Positions 36,439 to 46,023 of a DNA stretch of 64,000 bases are shown one piece after another. The notes under the pieces are model-generated. The model saw only the letters and a list, made by a program, of their open reading frames with translations. It searched no databases and had not been told where the DNA came from. This DNA comes from Candidatus Omnitrophus magneticus (GTDB lineage Bacteria > Omnitrophota > Gorgyraeia > Tantalellales > Tantalellaceae). The translations under genes were made by a program, and so were the position numbers. The stretch lies in NCBI GenBank assembly GCA_000954095.1, contig JYNY01000203.1, positions 17 to 64,016 on the forward strand. The letters are read 5' to 3'. Positions within the stretch are counted from its first letter, which is position 1. Each line of letters starts with the position of its first letter.

Positions 36439-38066
36439 TGTAGCGGATGCGATAGATATCCGCCTGATATATTCATAGCAGTGAAACTATTTTGCGTTAA
36501 AATTCTTACAGCGATATGACCGCGCAGTCCTTGTTGGCAGAAAACAATTATTTTTTTATTTTTTGGAATTTCGTTAAGACGCCCGCGTAGTTCATCTAAA
36601 GGAATGTTTACGGCTCCTTCTACCGGCCATTTTAAACATTCATTTTTTGTTCTGACATCTAAAACAAATTCTTCTTTTGATATTTTATCCCAATGAGTAA
36701 TAGGGCTTATGCCTAAAATATGATTCCTCGCTACCATGCCGGCTATATTTATAGGATCTTTTACAGAGCCATATTGCGGGGCATAGGCAAGTTCTATAAA
36801 AGCTAAATCATCGCATGTCAGATTGTTTTGTATAGCAGTACTAAATATATCAATTCTTTTATCTATGCCTGTTTTTCCTATTATTTGGGCGCCGTAAATT
36901 TTTCCGTTTGAAGGATTAAATAGCATTTTTAAAGTCATTTTATTAAATCCCGGATAATATGACGCGTGGTCAAATGGATGTAAATAGAGTTTTTCAACAT
37001 CACGGTCTAATTGTTTTAGCGCGTGTTCATTTAACCCGGTAATAGCGGCAGTTAAGTTAAATATTTTTATAATAGCGGTTCCTAGGGAGGGTTTTAATTC
37101 TGTCAGTATGCCGGAAATATTTTCTGCCGCGATAAGAGCTGTTTTTGCCGCGAGTCCCGCTAAAGGGATTATAGATGATTCTCCAAGAATATTATTAGTT
37201 TCCACGGCATCGCCTCCAGCGAAAATATAATGATCGTTTGTCCGCGCGTGGGAATCCACAATAAGTCCCTTTTTGCCTATATTTAACCCCGCTTCTTGGG
37301 CGAGAGATATTTCAGGTTTTATACCTATCGCGAGAATAATTAAATCCGCGTTGTCTATACGGTAATCAGTAGCTAGAATATTTATTTTATTATTTTGGTT
37401 TTTTTCTATAAGATTTATTTCAGAGTTAAGATGTAAAATAATTCCGTTGTCCAGCAATTCTTTTGTTATCGGCTCTATCATTTCTCTATCAAAATTAGGG
37501 AGAACTTGATTTGTTTTTTCCGCGATATGTGTTTCTATGCCGCTATTTTTAAGGTTTTCAGCCATTTCTAGGCCAATAAAACCCGCGCCTATAATCAGGG
37601 CTTTTTTTATTTGGCCTGTTTTTATTTTTGTTTTAATGGTTTCAGCGTCCGGTATAGTTCTAATCGCGTGGATAAAAGGAAAGACGTCTTTTTTTGTTTG
37701 CAGAAAGTCAGGAATGACAGCGCTAGCACCGGTTGCAAAAAAAAGATAATCATAAGATTCATAATATGTTTCATTTGTTATGAGATTACGCGCTTGTATT
37801 TTTTTATCAGCGCGGTATATATGTTCTACCAGAGTTTGGAGCCGTGTTTGAATATTGAAGCGGTCAAGAAAACCGCGCGGTGTCCGCATTATAAGATTTT
37901 CTTTTTCTTTTATAATATCGCCGGCATAATACGGCAAGCCGCAAGTAGCATAAGAGATATAAACGCCTTTTTCAAAAATGATTATTTCAGCATTTTCGTC
38001 TAAACGTCTTAACCGCGCGCTGAATGCCGCGCCGGACGCGCCGCCGCCGATAACTAATATTTTCAT
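36432..38066 (-). CDS. CoA-disulfide reductase / NADH oxidase-family flavoprotein fused to a C-terminal rhodanese domain
   Basis: GGGASGAA FAD motif, redox Cys in SYATCGLPYY, second dinucleotide motif IIGAGFIGLE, and rhodanese active-site loop FCQQGLRG. Confidence 0.88.
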   Translation of the reverse strand: MKILVIGGGASGAAFSARLRRLDENAEIIIFEKGVYISYATCGLPYYAGDIIKEKENLIMRTPRGFLDRFNIQTRLQTLVEHIYRADKKIQARNLITNETYYESYDYLFFATGASAVIPDFLQTKKDVFPFIHAIRTIPDAETIKTKIKTGQIKKALIIGAGFIGLEMAENLKNSGIETHIAEKTNQVLPNFDREMIEPITKELLDNGIILHLNSEINLIEKNQNNKINILATDYRIDNADLIILAIGIKPEISLAQEAGLNIGKKGLIVDSHARTNDHYIFAGGDAVETNNILGESSIIPLAGLAAKTALIAAENISGILTELKPSLGTAIIKIFNLTAAITGLNEHALKQLDRDVEKLYLHPFDHASYYPGFNKMTLKMLFNPSNGKIYGAQIIGKTGIDKRIDIFSTAIQNNLTCDDLAFIELAYAPQYGSVKDPINIAGMVARNHILGISPITHWDKISKEEFVLDVRTKNECLKWPVEGAVNIPLDELRGRLNEIPKNKKIIVFCQQGLRGHIAVRILTQNSFTAMNISGGYLSHPLQK

Positions 38067-38204
38067 ATATTTTTTCCTTTTAAATTTTTTTTATATTGCA
38101 ATATTTTCCCGCGCTAAAATTATACCCAAAAATTTCTTATTATTTGCTTAGTGGTTACAACAATTTTGGGATTAAAAGTAGCATAATAGCACTTGACGAA
38201 ATTT

Positions 38205-38589
38205 GTAATCACTAAGCGGATGGTAATTGCAAGCTTGATTATTAACGTTGTGATGTCTCAGGACGAGGAAGCTATATATGTTATAACCATTTCAAAAATA
38301 TCATAAAACCCTTATATGGCTTCCCGCTGTAGTTTACCCCGTGCCGTGACACGGGGCAGGAATGACAGAGCCTAGACCCACACTGTCATTCCTGCGCACG
38401 CAGGAATCCATACAAGTAAATCCAGCGAAAAACTTTTTAAAAATAAAAAATTGTAATTGCGTTACAGCCTCTTTCGCTAAAATGTCAGACGGGACGTAAC
38501 TCCCATGGATTCCCTCTTTCGAGGGAATGACAGAATAAGATTTTATAAAGGACTATAGAAAAGTTTATTACCAACCGCTTAGTAATTAC
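38205..38589 (-). repeat. Composite intergenic repeat, right copy (inverted), expanded by a roughly 189-bp block of nested hairpins
   Basis: Reverse complement aligns with 35240-35433. The extra block 38316-38504 contains ccccgtg..cacgggg, caggaatgacag..ctgtcattcctg and attcctgcg..cgcaggaat. Confidence 0.9.
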
Positions 38590-38688
38590 AAAAATCTAGC
38601 ACGTAAATTTTATTATAAAATTCTGTATTATCGATGTATATAAGATATACTTAATATATGTCATACCTAAATATCTATTGCTCATAAA

Positions 38689-38748
38689 AACCGACAAACT
38701 AAGTTTCGACATAAATAAAGAATGCTAAGATGTGCAAAATAAAAGGAC
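38689..38748 (+). repeat. Half copy (left arm) of the 170-bp palindromic element seen at 63619-63788
   Basis: aaccgacaaactaagtttcgacataaataaagaatgctaagatgtgcaaaataaaagg compared with aaccgtaaaactgcgtttggacatagatgaagaatgctaagatgtttgagataaaagg. Confidence 0.7.
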
Positions 38749-40940
38749 ATATCCTTACCATGCGTAAAATTAACCCTAAATTTTTAAGATGTTTTTTATT
38801 AGCAATATTTATTTCATTGCTTGCTCCTTTCGCGGTAGCGAATAATACCTTTCATGGCGGACCGGACATTACTCCAAGAATGGCTCTATTAGTTTTTCAG
38901 CTCGGCGTTATATTTTTCTCGGCGTGCATTGGAAGTTATATTTTTACAAAATTTAAAATGTCTTCTATACTCGGCGAACTTTTGTCCGGGGTTATTATAG
39001 GGCCTTATTTATTGGGCCACCTGCCGTTTATAGGTTTTCCAGCCGGTATGTTCCCTATTCAAACAGGATGGCTTCCCGTATCCGGAGAACTTTATGGTTT
39101 TACCGCGATGGCGGCAATATTATTACTTTTCCTCGTTGGATTAGAAACAGACCTCGACACTTTTTTATCATTTTCAGTGACGGGTTTAATTGTAGGGTTG
39201 GGCGGAGCTCTTTTTTCTTTTTTTATCGGCGATTTAACTGTGGTATTTTTATCAAAATATTTTTTTAACACTAGTTATTCTTTCACCCATCCTGTCGCGC
39301 TCTTTATAGGTATTATTACTACAGCCACTTCTGTCAGCATATCCGCCAATATGCTTTCTGAAAAAAGAAAAATTTCTTCGCCTGAAGGCGTTACCATTCT
39401 TTCCGCGGCTGTTATAGATGATATTTTAGGCATTATCATGTTAGGTATTGTGCTGGCGATAGTTAAAGCTGGCGGGCATAATGATCTTCAGGCAATAGGC
39501 ATTATTTCTTTTAGAATTATAGCCTTTTGGCTTGTATTTACTTTTATAGGAATAACAATATCAAGACATGTGGCCAAGCTATTAAAAAAATTTCAAGACA
39601 ATACAATTATCGCGGTTCTAGGCCTCGCGGTATGTTTTTTAGTTGCCGGCATTTTTGAAAAATGCGGACTCGCGATGATAGTAGGCGCGTATACCACGGG
39701 GCTTGCGTTTTCTAAGACAGATTTAGCGCTCGTTATTAAAGAAAAAATATCAGTTTTATATAAATTTTTCATGCCCATGTTTTTTTGTGTTATGGGAATG
39801 TTTGTCAATATTCAAGACTTATTAAACCCGCCAATCATAACATTCGGCTTAATCTACTTTTTCATATCAGTCTTAACAAAAATAATAGGTTGCGGGCTTC
39901 CCGCGCTTCTTCTTAACTTTAACACTCTTGGCGCCATACGTATCGGCGTAGGCATGGTCCCTAGAGGAGAAGTAGCCTTAATTATTACAACAATAGGACT
40001 CGCTGGAGGATTTATACCTGATGAAATTTTTAGTGTCGCGGTAATAATGACATTCTTTACGACATTTATCACGCCGCCAATATTAAACTTTTTACTTGAT
40101 AAAAATAAAAGCGGACTGCGTAAAGACTTGTCTAATAAAAATATCGCCAATCAAATAGTTTATGATATGCCTGACCCTGACACATTGGCATTAATTCTAT
40201 CAAAAATAGCGGGCGATTTTGAAAAAGAAGGTTTCTATGTGTACAATATTCCTTCAGAGGATAACGCGCTGTATCAGATAAGAAAAAATGATATTTTTAT
40301 AACTATGACAGGCACGTCTAAATCCATAATTTTTGACTGCGAAGAAACATATGTTCCTTTCATAAATACCGTTATGTTTGAGGTTTTTTCTGAACTAGAA
40401 AATGTAATAAAAAATATAGAAATACTTATAAACAACAAAAACATTTCACCGGCATTTACCAATCGCTCCGCGCAACTAAAATATCCGGTCAAAACATTTT
40501 TAAAATCTATTAAACCCTCCGCGGTTGAATCTAATTTAACAGCTACTACAAAAGAAGAAGTGCTTTTTGAATTAACAGATATTATTTTATCATCAGGACA
40601 AATTAACCGGTCAGAACGGGATACCATAATAAAAGATTTACTAAAAAGAGAATCTAAAATGTCTACCGGCATGCAGGAAGGGATAGCCTTCCCTCACGCT
40701 AAAACAAACGCCGTAAAAAAACTTACGGCGGCCGTGGGAATCAGTAAAAAAGGCATAAACTTTAATTCCCTTGATAAAAAACTTTCAAATATATTCGTTA
40801 TTGTTTTAGCGCCTAGAGGTAATCCCGAAGGTTATTTAAAATTTATGTCTGAAGCCTCGATATTTCTAATGGACGAGGAAAAAAGAAAAAAAATTATATC
40901 CGCTAAAAATAATATGGAATTATATAAAATTTTTACTTAA
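38730..40940 (+). CDS. CPA2-family cation/proton antiporter (Kef/NapA-like) fused to a linker domain and a C-terminal PTS EIIA type-2 domain
   Basis: About 12 TM Na+/H+-exchanger-like core. C-terminal MSTGMQEGIAFPHAK is the EIIA-2 His signature. The first ATG lies inside a repeat copy, so ATG 38760 (MRKINPKF) may be the true start. Confidence 0.8.
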   Translation: MCKIKGHILTMRKINPKFLRCFLLAIFISLLAPFAVANNTFHGGPDITPRMALLVFQLGVIFFSACIGSYIFTKFKMSSILGELLSGVIIGPYLLGHLPFIGFPAGMFPIQTGWLPVSGELYGFTAMAAILLLFLVGLETDLDTFLSFSVTGLIVGLGGALFSFFIGDLTVVFLSKYFFNTSYSFTHPVALFIGIITTATSVSISANMLSEKRKISSPEGVTILSAAVIDDILGIIMLGIVLAIVKAGGHNDLQAIGIISFRIIAFWLVFTFIGITISRHVAKLLKKFQDNTIIAVLGLAVCFLVAGIFEKCGLAMIVGAYTTGLAFSKTDLALVIKEKISVLYKFFMPMFFCVMGMFVNIQDLLNPPIITFGLIYFFISVLTKIIGCGLPALLLNFNTLGAIRIGVGMVPRGEVALIITTIGLAGGFIPDEIFSVAVIMTFFTTFITPPILNFLLDKNKSGLRKDLSNKNIANQIVYDMPDPDTLALILSKIAGDFEKEGFYVYNIPSEDNALYQIRKNDIFITMTGTSKSIIFDCEETYVPFINTVMFEVFSELENVIKNIEILINNKNISPAFTNRSAQLKYPVKTFLKSIKPSAVESNLTATTKEEVLFELTDIILSSGQINRSERDTIIKDLLKRESKMSTGMQEGIAFPHAKTNAVKKLTAAVGISKKGINFNSLDKKLSNIFVIVLAPRGNPEGYLKFMSEASIFLMDEEKRKKIISAKNNMELYKIFT

Positions 40941-40962
40941 CAATATTACTCCTCAATTTTAT

Positions 40963-40995
40963 GCGCGTAAATAAACGCTATTTCTTATTACGCGC
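40963..40995 (+). terminator. 8-bp GC-rich inverted repeat after the antiporter gene (terminator-like, weak)
   Basis: gcgcgtaa-N17-ttacgcgc. No clean U-tract. Confidence 0.3.
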
Positions 40996-41043
40996 GGCAA
41001 AATACTTGCGGAGTGTTTTTATTTAAGATACAATCCTCTTAAC

Positions 41044-41385
41044 ATGAAAATTATACAAAAAAATATAACACTTAATGAAATTACATCTATGGCACTATCT
41101 ATTTTCGGTAATTTTGTTAAAGCTGTAGTTGATATCGAACGAGAAATCATTGCCCTTGACGCGGAACTTCATTCTGATTTAGAAGCTTTACTACTTGAAA
41201 ATGGTTCAAAACAAAAAAATATTTGGGGCATAAATATTTATCCGGATATGCAAGGCGCTGATTTTATTGAATTTGATTCAATGATTAATCTTCGCCCTTC
41301 GCAGGGGAATAGAAGTAGAAACGTAGAAAATAAAGAAATACAAAAAAAAATTATCGCGATAGTGGCAAAAAGGATTATCGCATGA
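41044..41385 (+). CDS. Small hypothetical protein (113 aa)
   Basis: Clean ORF whose stop overlaps the next start (ATGA). I can name no motif with confidence. Confidence 0.5.
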   Translation: MKIIQKNITLNEITSMALSIFGNFVKAVVDIEREIIALDAELHSDLEALLLENGSKQKNIWGINIYPDMQGADFIEFDSMINLRPSQGNRSRNVENKEIQKKIIAIVAKRIIA

Positions 41386-41714
41386 ATTATCAACATAAAG
41401 ATTTGGCCGCGAAAAGATGGCGCGAACTGTCATTTTTGGAACAAATGGCAAATATCGGCAGTGAAGTTGAAAGAATGCTAAACTGGCGTATAAAAAAAAA
41501 TTACGATTATGCTCAAAAAGCGTTTGAAAGAACTCTAGAATTAATTGATCTCACATTAGATATTGATAAAAACTATGCCCACTTAAAAGAAGTCGCACGC
41601 GTGAGAGAAGCGCTTGTAGACGACTTTACAGGTGCTAACCAATTTATATCTTCTGATAACTCTTGGAGAAAATATTTTTTATCTTTTGCCTATGCTGCCC
41701 GTAAAAATTATTAA
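41382..41714 (+). CDS. Small hypothetical all-alpha protein (110 aa)
   Basis: Translationally coupled to the 113-aa ORF. Helical heptad-like composition. The motif EQMANIGSEVERMLNW is not assignable by me. Confidence 0.5.
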   Translation: MNYQHKDLAAKRWRELSFLEQMANIGSEVERMLNWRIKKNYDYAQKAFERTLELIDLTLDIDKNYAHLKEVARVREALVDDFTGANQFISSDNSWRKYFLSFAYAARKNY

Positions 41715-41755
41715 CTCGACGCTACCAAATAAACTATTTTAACGCCGACACACAC

Positions 41756-43759
41756 ATGGATAAATTTCAACTAATCACAGATTTAAAACCTAAAGGCGAT
41801 CAGCCTTCCGCTATAGAAACTATAACAAAATCCCTCTTAAGCCATAATAAATACCAAACTCTTATCGGTGTCACCGGAAGCGGAAAAACTTTTACAATGG
41901 CTAATATTATTGAACGTGTCAATAAACCGGTTCTTGTGATATCCCACAATAAAACACTTTCCGCGCAATTATACGCGGAATTTAAAGCGTTTTTCCCAAA
42001 GAACGCTATTGAATATTTTGTTTCATACTATGATTATTACCAGCCTGAAGCGTATGTGCCTCAAACCGATCTTTATATAGAAAAAGACGCTTCAATAAAT
42101 GAAGATATAGATAGACTTAGATTATCCGCGACCAGTTCTCTTCTTTCACGTAAAGATGTTATTATCGTGGCTAGTGTTTCATGTATATACGGCTTAGGTT
42201 CCCCAAGCGATTATTCCACAATGCTTGTACAACTCGAAAAAGGCGCTAAAATAGAACGTGATACCATTATAAAAAAATTGGTGGAAATACAATATGAAAG
42301 AAATAATATAGAACTCACCCGGGGAAAATTTCGAGTCCGCGGAGAAACTATTGATATTTTCCCGGCTTACAAAGAAACAGCTGTCAGAATAGAATTATCA
42401 GACGGCGAAGTGAACCGCGTATCTGAAATACATCCTCTTACTGGAGACGTTATAACAAATCTTGAAAAACTCGCCGTGTATCCGGCAAAACATTTCGTGA
42501 CAACAGAAGACAAAATTAAACGCGCCGTTGAATCTATAAGTCTTGAATTAAAAGAACGTTTACAAAAACTAAGTGCGGAAAATAAACTTTTGGAAGCCGC
42601 TAGACTTGAAAGCCGCACAAATTATGATATAGAAATGCTAAAGGAATTAGGATATTGCAACGGCATAGAAAATTATTCCCGGCATATTACAGATAGGCCA
42701 AAAGGCTCACGGCCATGGTGTTTACTAGATTATTACACTGATGATTTTTTAGTGATAATAGATGAATCTCATGTTACTCTCCCGCAACTAAGGGCTATGT
42801 ATAACGGCGACCAAGCGCGCAAAAAAACTCTTGTTGATTATGGGTTCCGGCTACCTTCAGCACTGGACAATAGACCGTTAAAATATGAAGAATTTTTAGA
42901 CCTGACCAAACAAATTTTATTTGTTTCCGCCACTCCTTCGGATTATGAGGTAAACTTAAGTAATGTAACAACCGAACAGATAATACGGCCCACAGGGCTA
43001 TTAGATCCAAAAATAGAAATACGGCCGTCAAACGGCCAGATATATGATTTAGCAAAAGAAATAAAACTACGGGCTGAAAAAAAAGAAAGAGTCCTCGTTT
43101 CAACTCTTACTAAGCGATTAGCGGAAGAATTAACGGATTATTTAAAAGATATGAATCTTCGCGTAAGATATATGCATTCTGAAATTAACACATTAGACAG
43201 AGTTGATATAATAAAAGATTTACGGCTCGGAAAATTCGACAGTTTAATCGGCATCAATTTATTGCGTGAAGGGCTGGATTTACCAGAAGTGTCGCTTGTT
43301 GCTGTTTTAGACGCGGACAAAGAAGGTTTTCTACGAAGCGGAACATCCCTCCTTCAAACAGCGGGAAGAGCCGCGCGTAATGTGAACGGCACTGTCATTC
43401 TTTACGCCGATACTATTACAGCTTCAATGAAAAAAGTTATTGATATAACAGATATACGTAGAGAAAAACAAAAAATATTTAACGAAACATACCATATAGA
43501 ACCGCGCACTATAATTAAAGCCGTGCAAGATGGAATAGAATTATACCGTCAAGCTAAAAATATCACCGCGAAAAGCGCGGGAGAAAGCGCGGAAGAATTT
43601 GAAATTTCAGAACTTATCGCGGATCTTGAAAGAGAAATGGAAGACTCTGCTCGAAACCTTAACTTTGAACGGGCAATAACACTTAGAGACAAAATTGAAA
43701 AAATAAAACTACAAACAAAACTGAAACCAAAGGAGCGCAAAAAATATGGAAGAAAATAA
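41756..43759 (+). CDS. uvrB: Excinuclease ABC subunit B
   Basis: GVTGSGKTFTMA Walker A, DESH box (IIDESHVT), helicase motifs and the C-terminal UVR domain (NLNFERAITLRDKI). Confidence 0.97.
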   Translation: MDKFQLITDLKPKGDQPSAIETITKSLLSHNKYQTLIGVTGSGKTFTMANIIERVNKPVLVISHNKTLSAQLYAEFKAFFPKNAIEYFVSYYDYYQPEAYVPQTDLYIEKDASINEDIDRLRLSATSSLLSRKDVIIVASVSCIYGLGSPSDYSTMLVQLEKGAKIERDTIIKKLVEIQYERNNIELTRGKFRVRGETIDIFPAYKETAVRIELSDGEVNRVSEIHPLTGDVITNLEKLAVYPAKHFVTTEDKIKRAVESISLELKERLQKLSAENKLLEAARLESRTNYDIEMLKELGYCNGIENYSRHITDRPKGSRPWCLLDYYTDDFLVIIDESHVTLPQLRAMYNGDQARKKTLVDYGFRLPSALDNRPLKYEEFLDLTKQILFVSATPSDYEVNLSNVTTEQIIRPTGLLDPKIEIRPSNGQIYDLAKEIKLRAEKKERVLVSTLTKRLAEELTDYLKDMNLRVRYMHSEINTLDRVDIIKDLRLGKFDSLIGINLLREGLDLPEVSLVAVLDADKEGFLRSGTSLLQTAGRAARNVNGTVILYADTITASMKKVIDITDIRREKQKIFNETYHIEPRTIIKAVQDGIELYRQAKNITAKSAGESAEEFEISELIADLEREMEDSARNLNFERAITLRDKIEKIKLQTKLKPKERKKYGRK

Positions 43760-44717
43760 CATAAAACAAAATATATTAAGATTTTTTGAAAAATCGCGCG
43801 GGAACTATATTTCAGGAGAAGAAATAAGTAATAACCTAGGAATGTCGCGCGCTAATATATGGAAACACATAAACGCGCTTCGTCAAGAAGGCTATATGAT
43901 AGACGCAGTGCCTAATATCGGTTACAAACTTTTAATGATTCCGGATAAACTTCAAGGATATGAAATAAAAAATGGACTGGAAACATCTACTATGGGACAA
44001 CACATCTATTATTACGACTATATAACCTCAACAAACGATAAAGCGTATGAACTTGCTGAAAACGGCGCGAAAGAAGGCACTATTATTGTAGCCGAAACTC
44101 AATCAGGCGGAAAAGCGCGCTTGGAGCGAAAATGGATATCGCCTTTAGGCGGTATATATATGTCTATTATTTTAAGGCCAGTGGTTAATATAGAAGAAAT
44201 TCCGGCTGTAACACTTGTTTCAGCGCTCAGTGTCTCTAAAACAATTACTAGCCTTTACAATTTAAAAGCCGAAATAAAATGGCCTAATGATATTTTTATT
44301 AATTCTCAAAAAATATGCGGAATACTAGCGGAAATGAAAGGCCATGTGGACAAAGTGGATTTTGTTATTCTAGGAATAGGCATCAATATTAATACAGCCA
44401 TAAATGATTTGCCGCCAAATTCAACCAGCATAAAAACCCTGACTAAAAATATCGCAAACAGGGTTATTTTCGCGCGTGAATTTTTAAAACAATTTGAATC
44501 AGACTACACACAATTCATTAACGAAGGATTTAAATCATTAAAAAATGAATGCGCGGAACTGTCAACTCTTATCGGCAAAAAAGTGAATATTAAAATGCAT
44601 AATACTATTTTATCCGGACTCGCGCTGGGGATAGACGATAAAGGTGCTCTTATTATAAAAAATGAACTAGGCGATATGAAACGCGTCTTGTCCGGAGATG
44701 TTTTGATGTGCAGGTAA
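43746..44717 (+). CDS. birA: Bifunctional biotin-[acetyl-CoA-carboxylase] ligase / repressor
   Basis: N-terminal wHTH (ISGEEISNNLGMSRANIWKHI), ligase core with a GGKARLERKW loop and KWPNDI, and a C-terminal SH3-like tail. Confidence 0.9.
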   Translation: MEENNIKQNILRFFEKSRGNYISGEEISNNLGMSRANIWKHINALRQEGYMIDAVPNIGYKLLMIPDKLQGYEIKNGLETSTMGQHIYYYDYITSTNDKAYELAENGAKEGTIIVAETQSGGKARLERKWISPLGGIYMSIILRPVVNIEEIPAVTLVSALSVSKTITSLYNLKAEIKWPNDIFINSQKICGILAEMKGHVDKVDFVILGIGININTAINDLPPNSTSIKTLTKNIANRVIFAREFLKQFESDYTQFINEGFKSLKNECAELSTLIGKKVNIKMHNTILSGLALGIDDKGALIIKNELGDMKRVLSGDVLMCR

Positions 44718-44756
44718 TACCGTGATACTACCATTAAAAATTAAATTATAAACTTT

Positions 44757-45812
44757 TTATGGAAATCTTAATAAAACTATTTTAGCTAATTTGAAGTACA
44801 TATATAAAAATTTCTCAAAGCTCTCAACAAAAAAACGAAATACAATGTTATCTATAACTCCGGGGTTATAATCTAATTTATACGCGCCAACTAAAAATAT
44901 ATCGGATATTTTTCTCTGTTTTTGAAATTCTTCCCTTTTAAGTAGCATTGGAAAAAATAGTTTAATAGTAGCCACTAAGGAAAAAATATATCCCTTCAAA
45001 AATATTTGTTTTTTTATAGAAAACCCGATATTAAATATTTCATACAATAAAAAACATGGTAAAAAAATTAATATCGTCCTGAACTTATAATTTTTAATAA
45101 TAAATAATCTATGATTTCTCATTACATAAAAAGCGCGTAAAGAACTATACTTAACCCCTTCACGATGCGAATAACTGGAAGAGCCTTCCAAATGAAAAAC
45201 AACCGCCGAGGGAACCAAAACTATTTTAAAACCTACGGCTCTCAGCCTATAAAAAAAATCAGCGTCATTCCAATAAATAAAAAAATCTTCGTCAAATAAA
45301 ATATTTTTTGGAATATTTTTTAAATCCAGTAATGGCGCGGTAGAAGGAATCATCCCAACTTCCAAATTTCGTGGCATTTCCCTATTCGTATAAGTCTTTC
45401 CTATAAAATGAAATTCTCCTCCGTAATATACTTCATTGCGGGATTTATCTATTATTTTTGGAGTAAAAACTACTGCCAAGGGATCTCTATTTTGCTCTGC
45501 CGCGTCAAAAAGACATGAAAATAATTCTCTATCAACAATAGTATCATGATCAAGCAATATTAAGTATCTAGTTTTACAACTCTTTAAAGCAATATTAGCG
45601 GCATAGCTATGCCCCATATTTAAAGAAAGATTGATAATCTGTTTCGGCAATTTGCAAGTTTCTAATAATTGAAGCGTGTTATCTTGAGAATTATTATCTA
45701 CTATTAAAAGTTCCCATCCTTTCAATACAGATGATTCAAAACTTTTAAATAATTCAGGTAAGTATCGCGCGCTGTTATAAGTGATTAGACAAATAGTAAG
45801 ATTGGCATTCAT
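44757..45812 (-). CDS. GT2 glycosyltransferase (rhamnosyl/galactosyl-transferase-like)
   Basis: TICLITYNSARYL, IVDNNSQDNT and LLDHDT (DxD) motifs. Confidence 0.8.
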   Translation of the reverse strand: MNANLTICLITYNSARYLPELFKSFESSVLKGWELLIVDNNSQDNTLQLLETCKLPKQIINLSLNMGHSYAANIALKSCKTRYLILLDHDTIVDRELFSCLFDAAEQNRDPLAVVFTPKIIDKSRNEVYYGGEFHFIGKTYTNREMPRNLEVGMIPSTAPLLDLKNIPKNILFDEDFFIYWNDADFFYRLRAVGFKIVLVPSAVVFHLEGSSSYSHREGVKYSSLRAFYVMRNHRLFIIKNYKFRTILIFLPCFLLYEIFNIGFSIKKQIFLKGYIFSLVATIKLFFPMLLKREEFQKQRKISDIFLVGAYKLDYNPGVIDNIVFRFFVESFEKFLYMYFKLAKIVLLRFP

Positions 45813-45920
45813 ATTTTTAAAAATATCATTAAATTATAATAATCTAAAAAAACATATTAGATATACCCCCAAAAAATCTCTTTGTCAAGACTGTTAATAT
45901 TTTAAAACAATAGCAGTGCC

Positions 45921-45949
45921 TTGACTTAAAAAAAAATGTGTGCTATGGT
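45921..45949 (+). promoter_or_regulatory. Sigma70-like promoter (TTGACT-17-TATGGT) upstream of the GT-C gene
   Basis: TTGACT at 45921-45926, a 17-nt spacer, TATGGT at 45944-45949. About 75 nt before the ATG at 46024. Confidence 0.45.
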
Positions 45950-46023
45950 TAATTTTTAGTAATCTTTTTGGAATTATTTTAACCCTGCAAATAATCACCT
46001 AATAAAATATTATAGGACATTAT

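Noticed and set aside
35240-38589. Composite transposon or IS-bounded element.
   Set aside because: The inverted repeats carry no transposase ORF. The interior holds only two ordinary-looking genes, and I saw no target-site duplication. It is kept as an unexplained repeat-boxed cassette instead.
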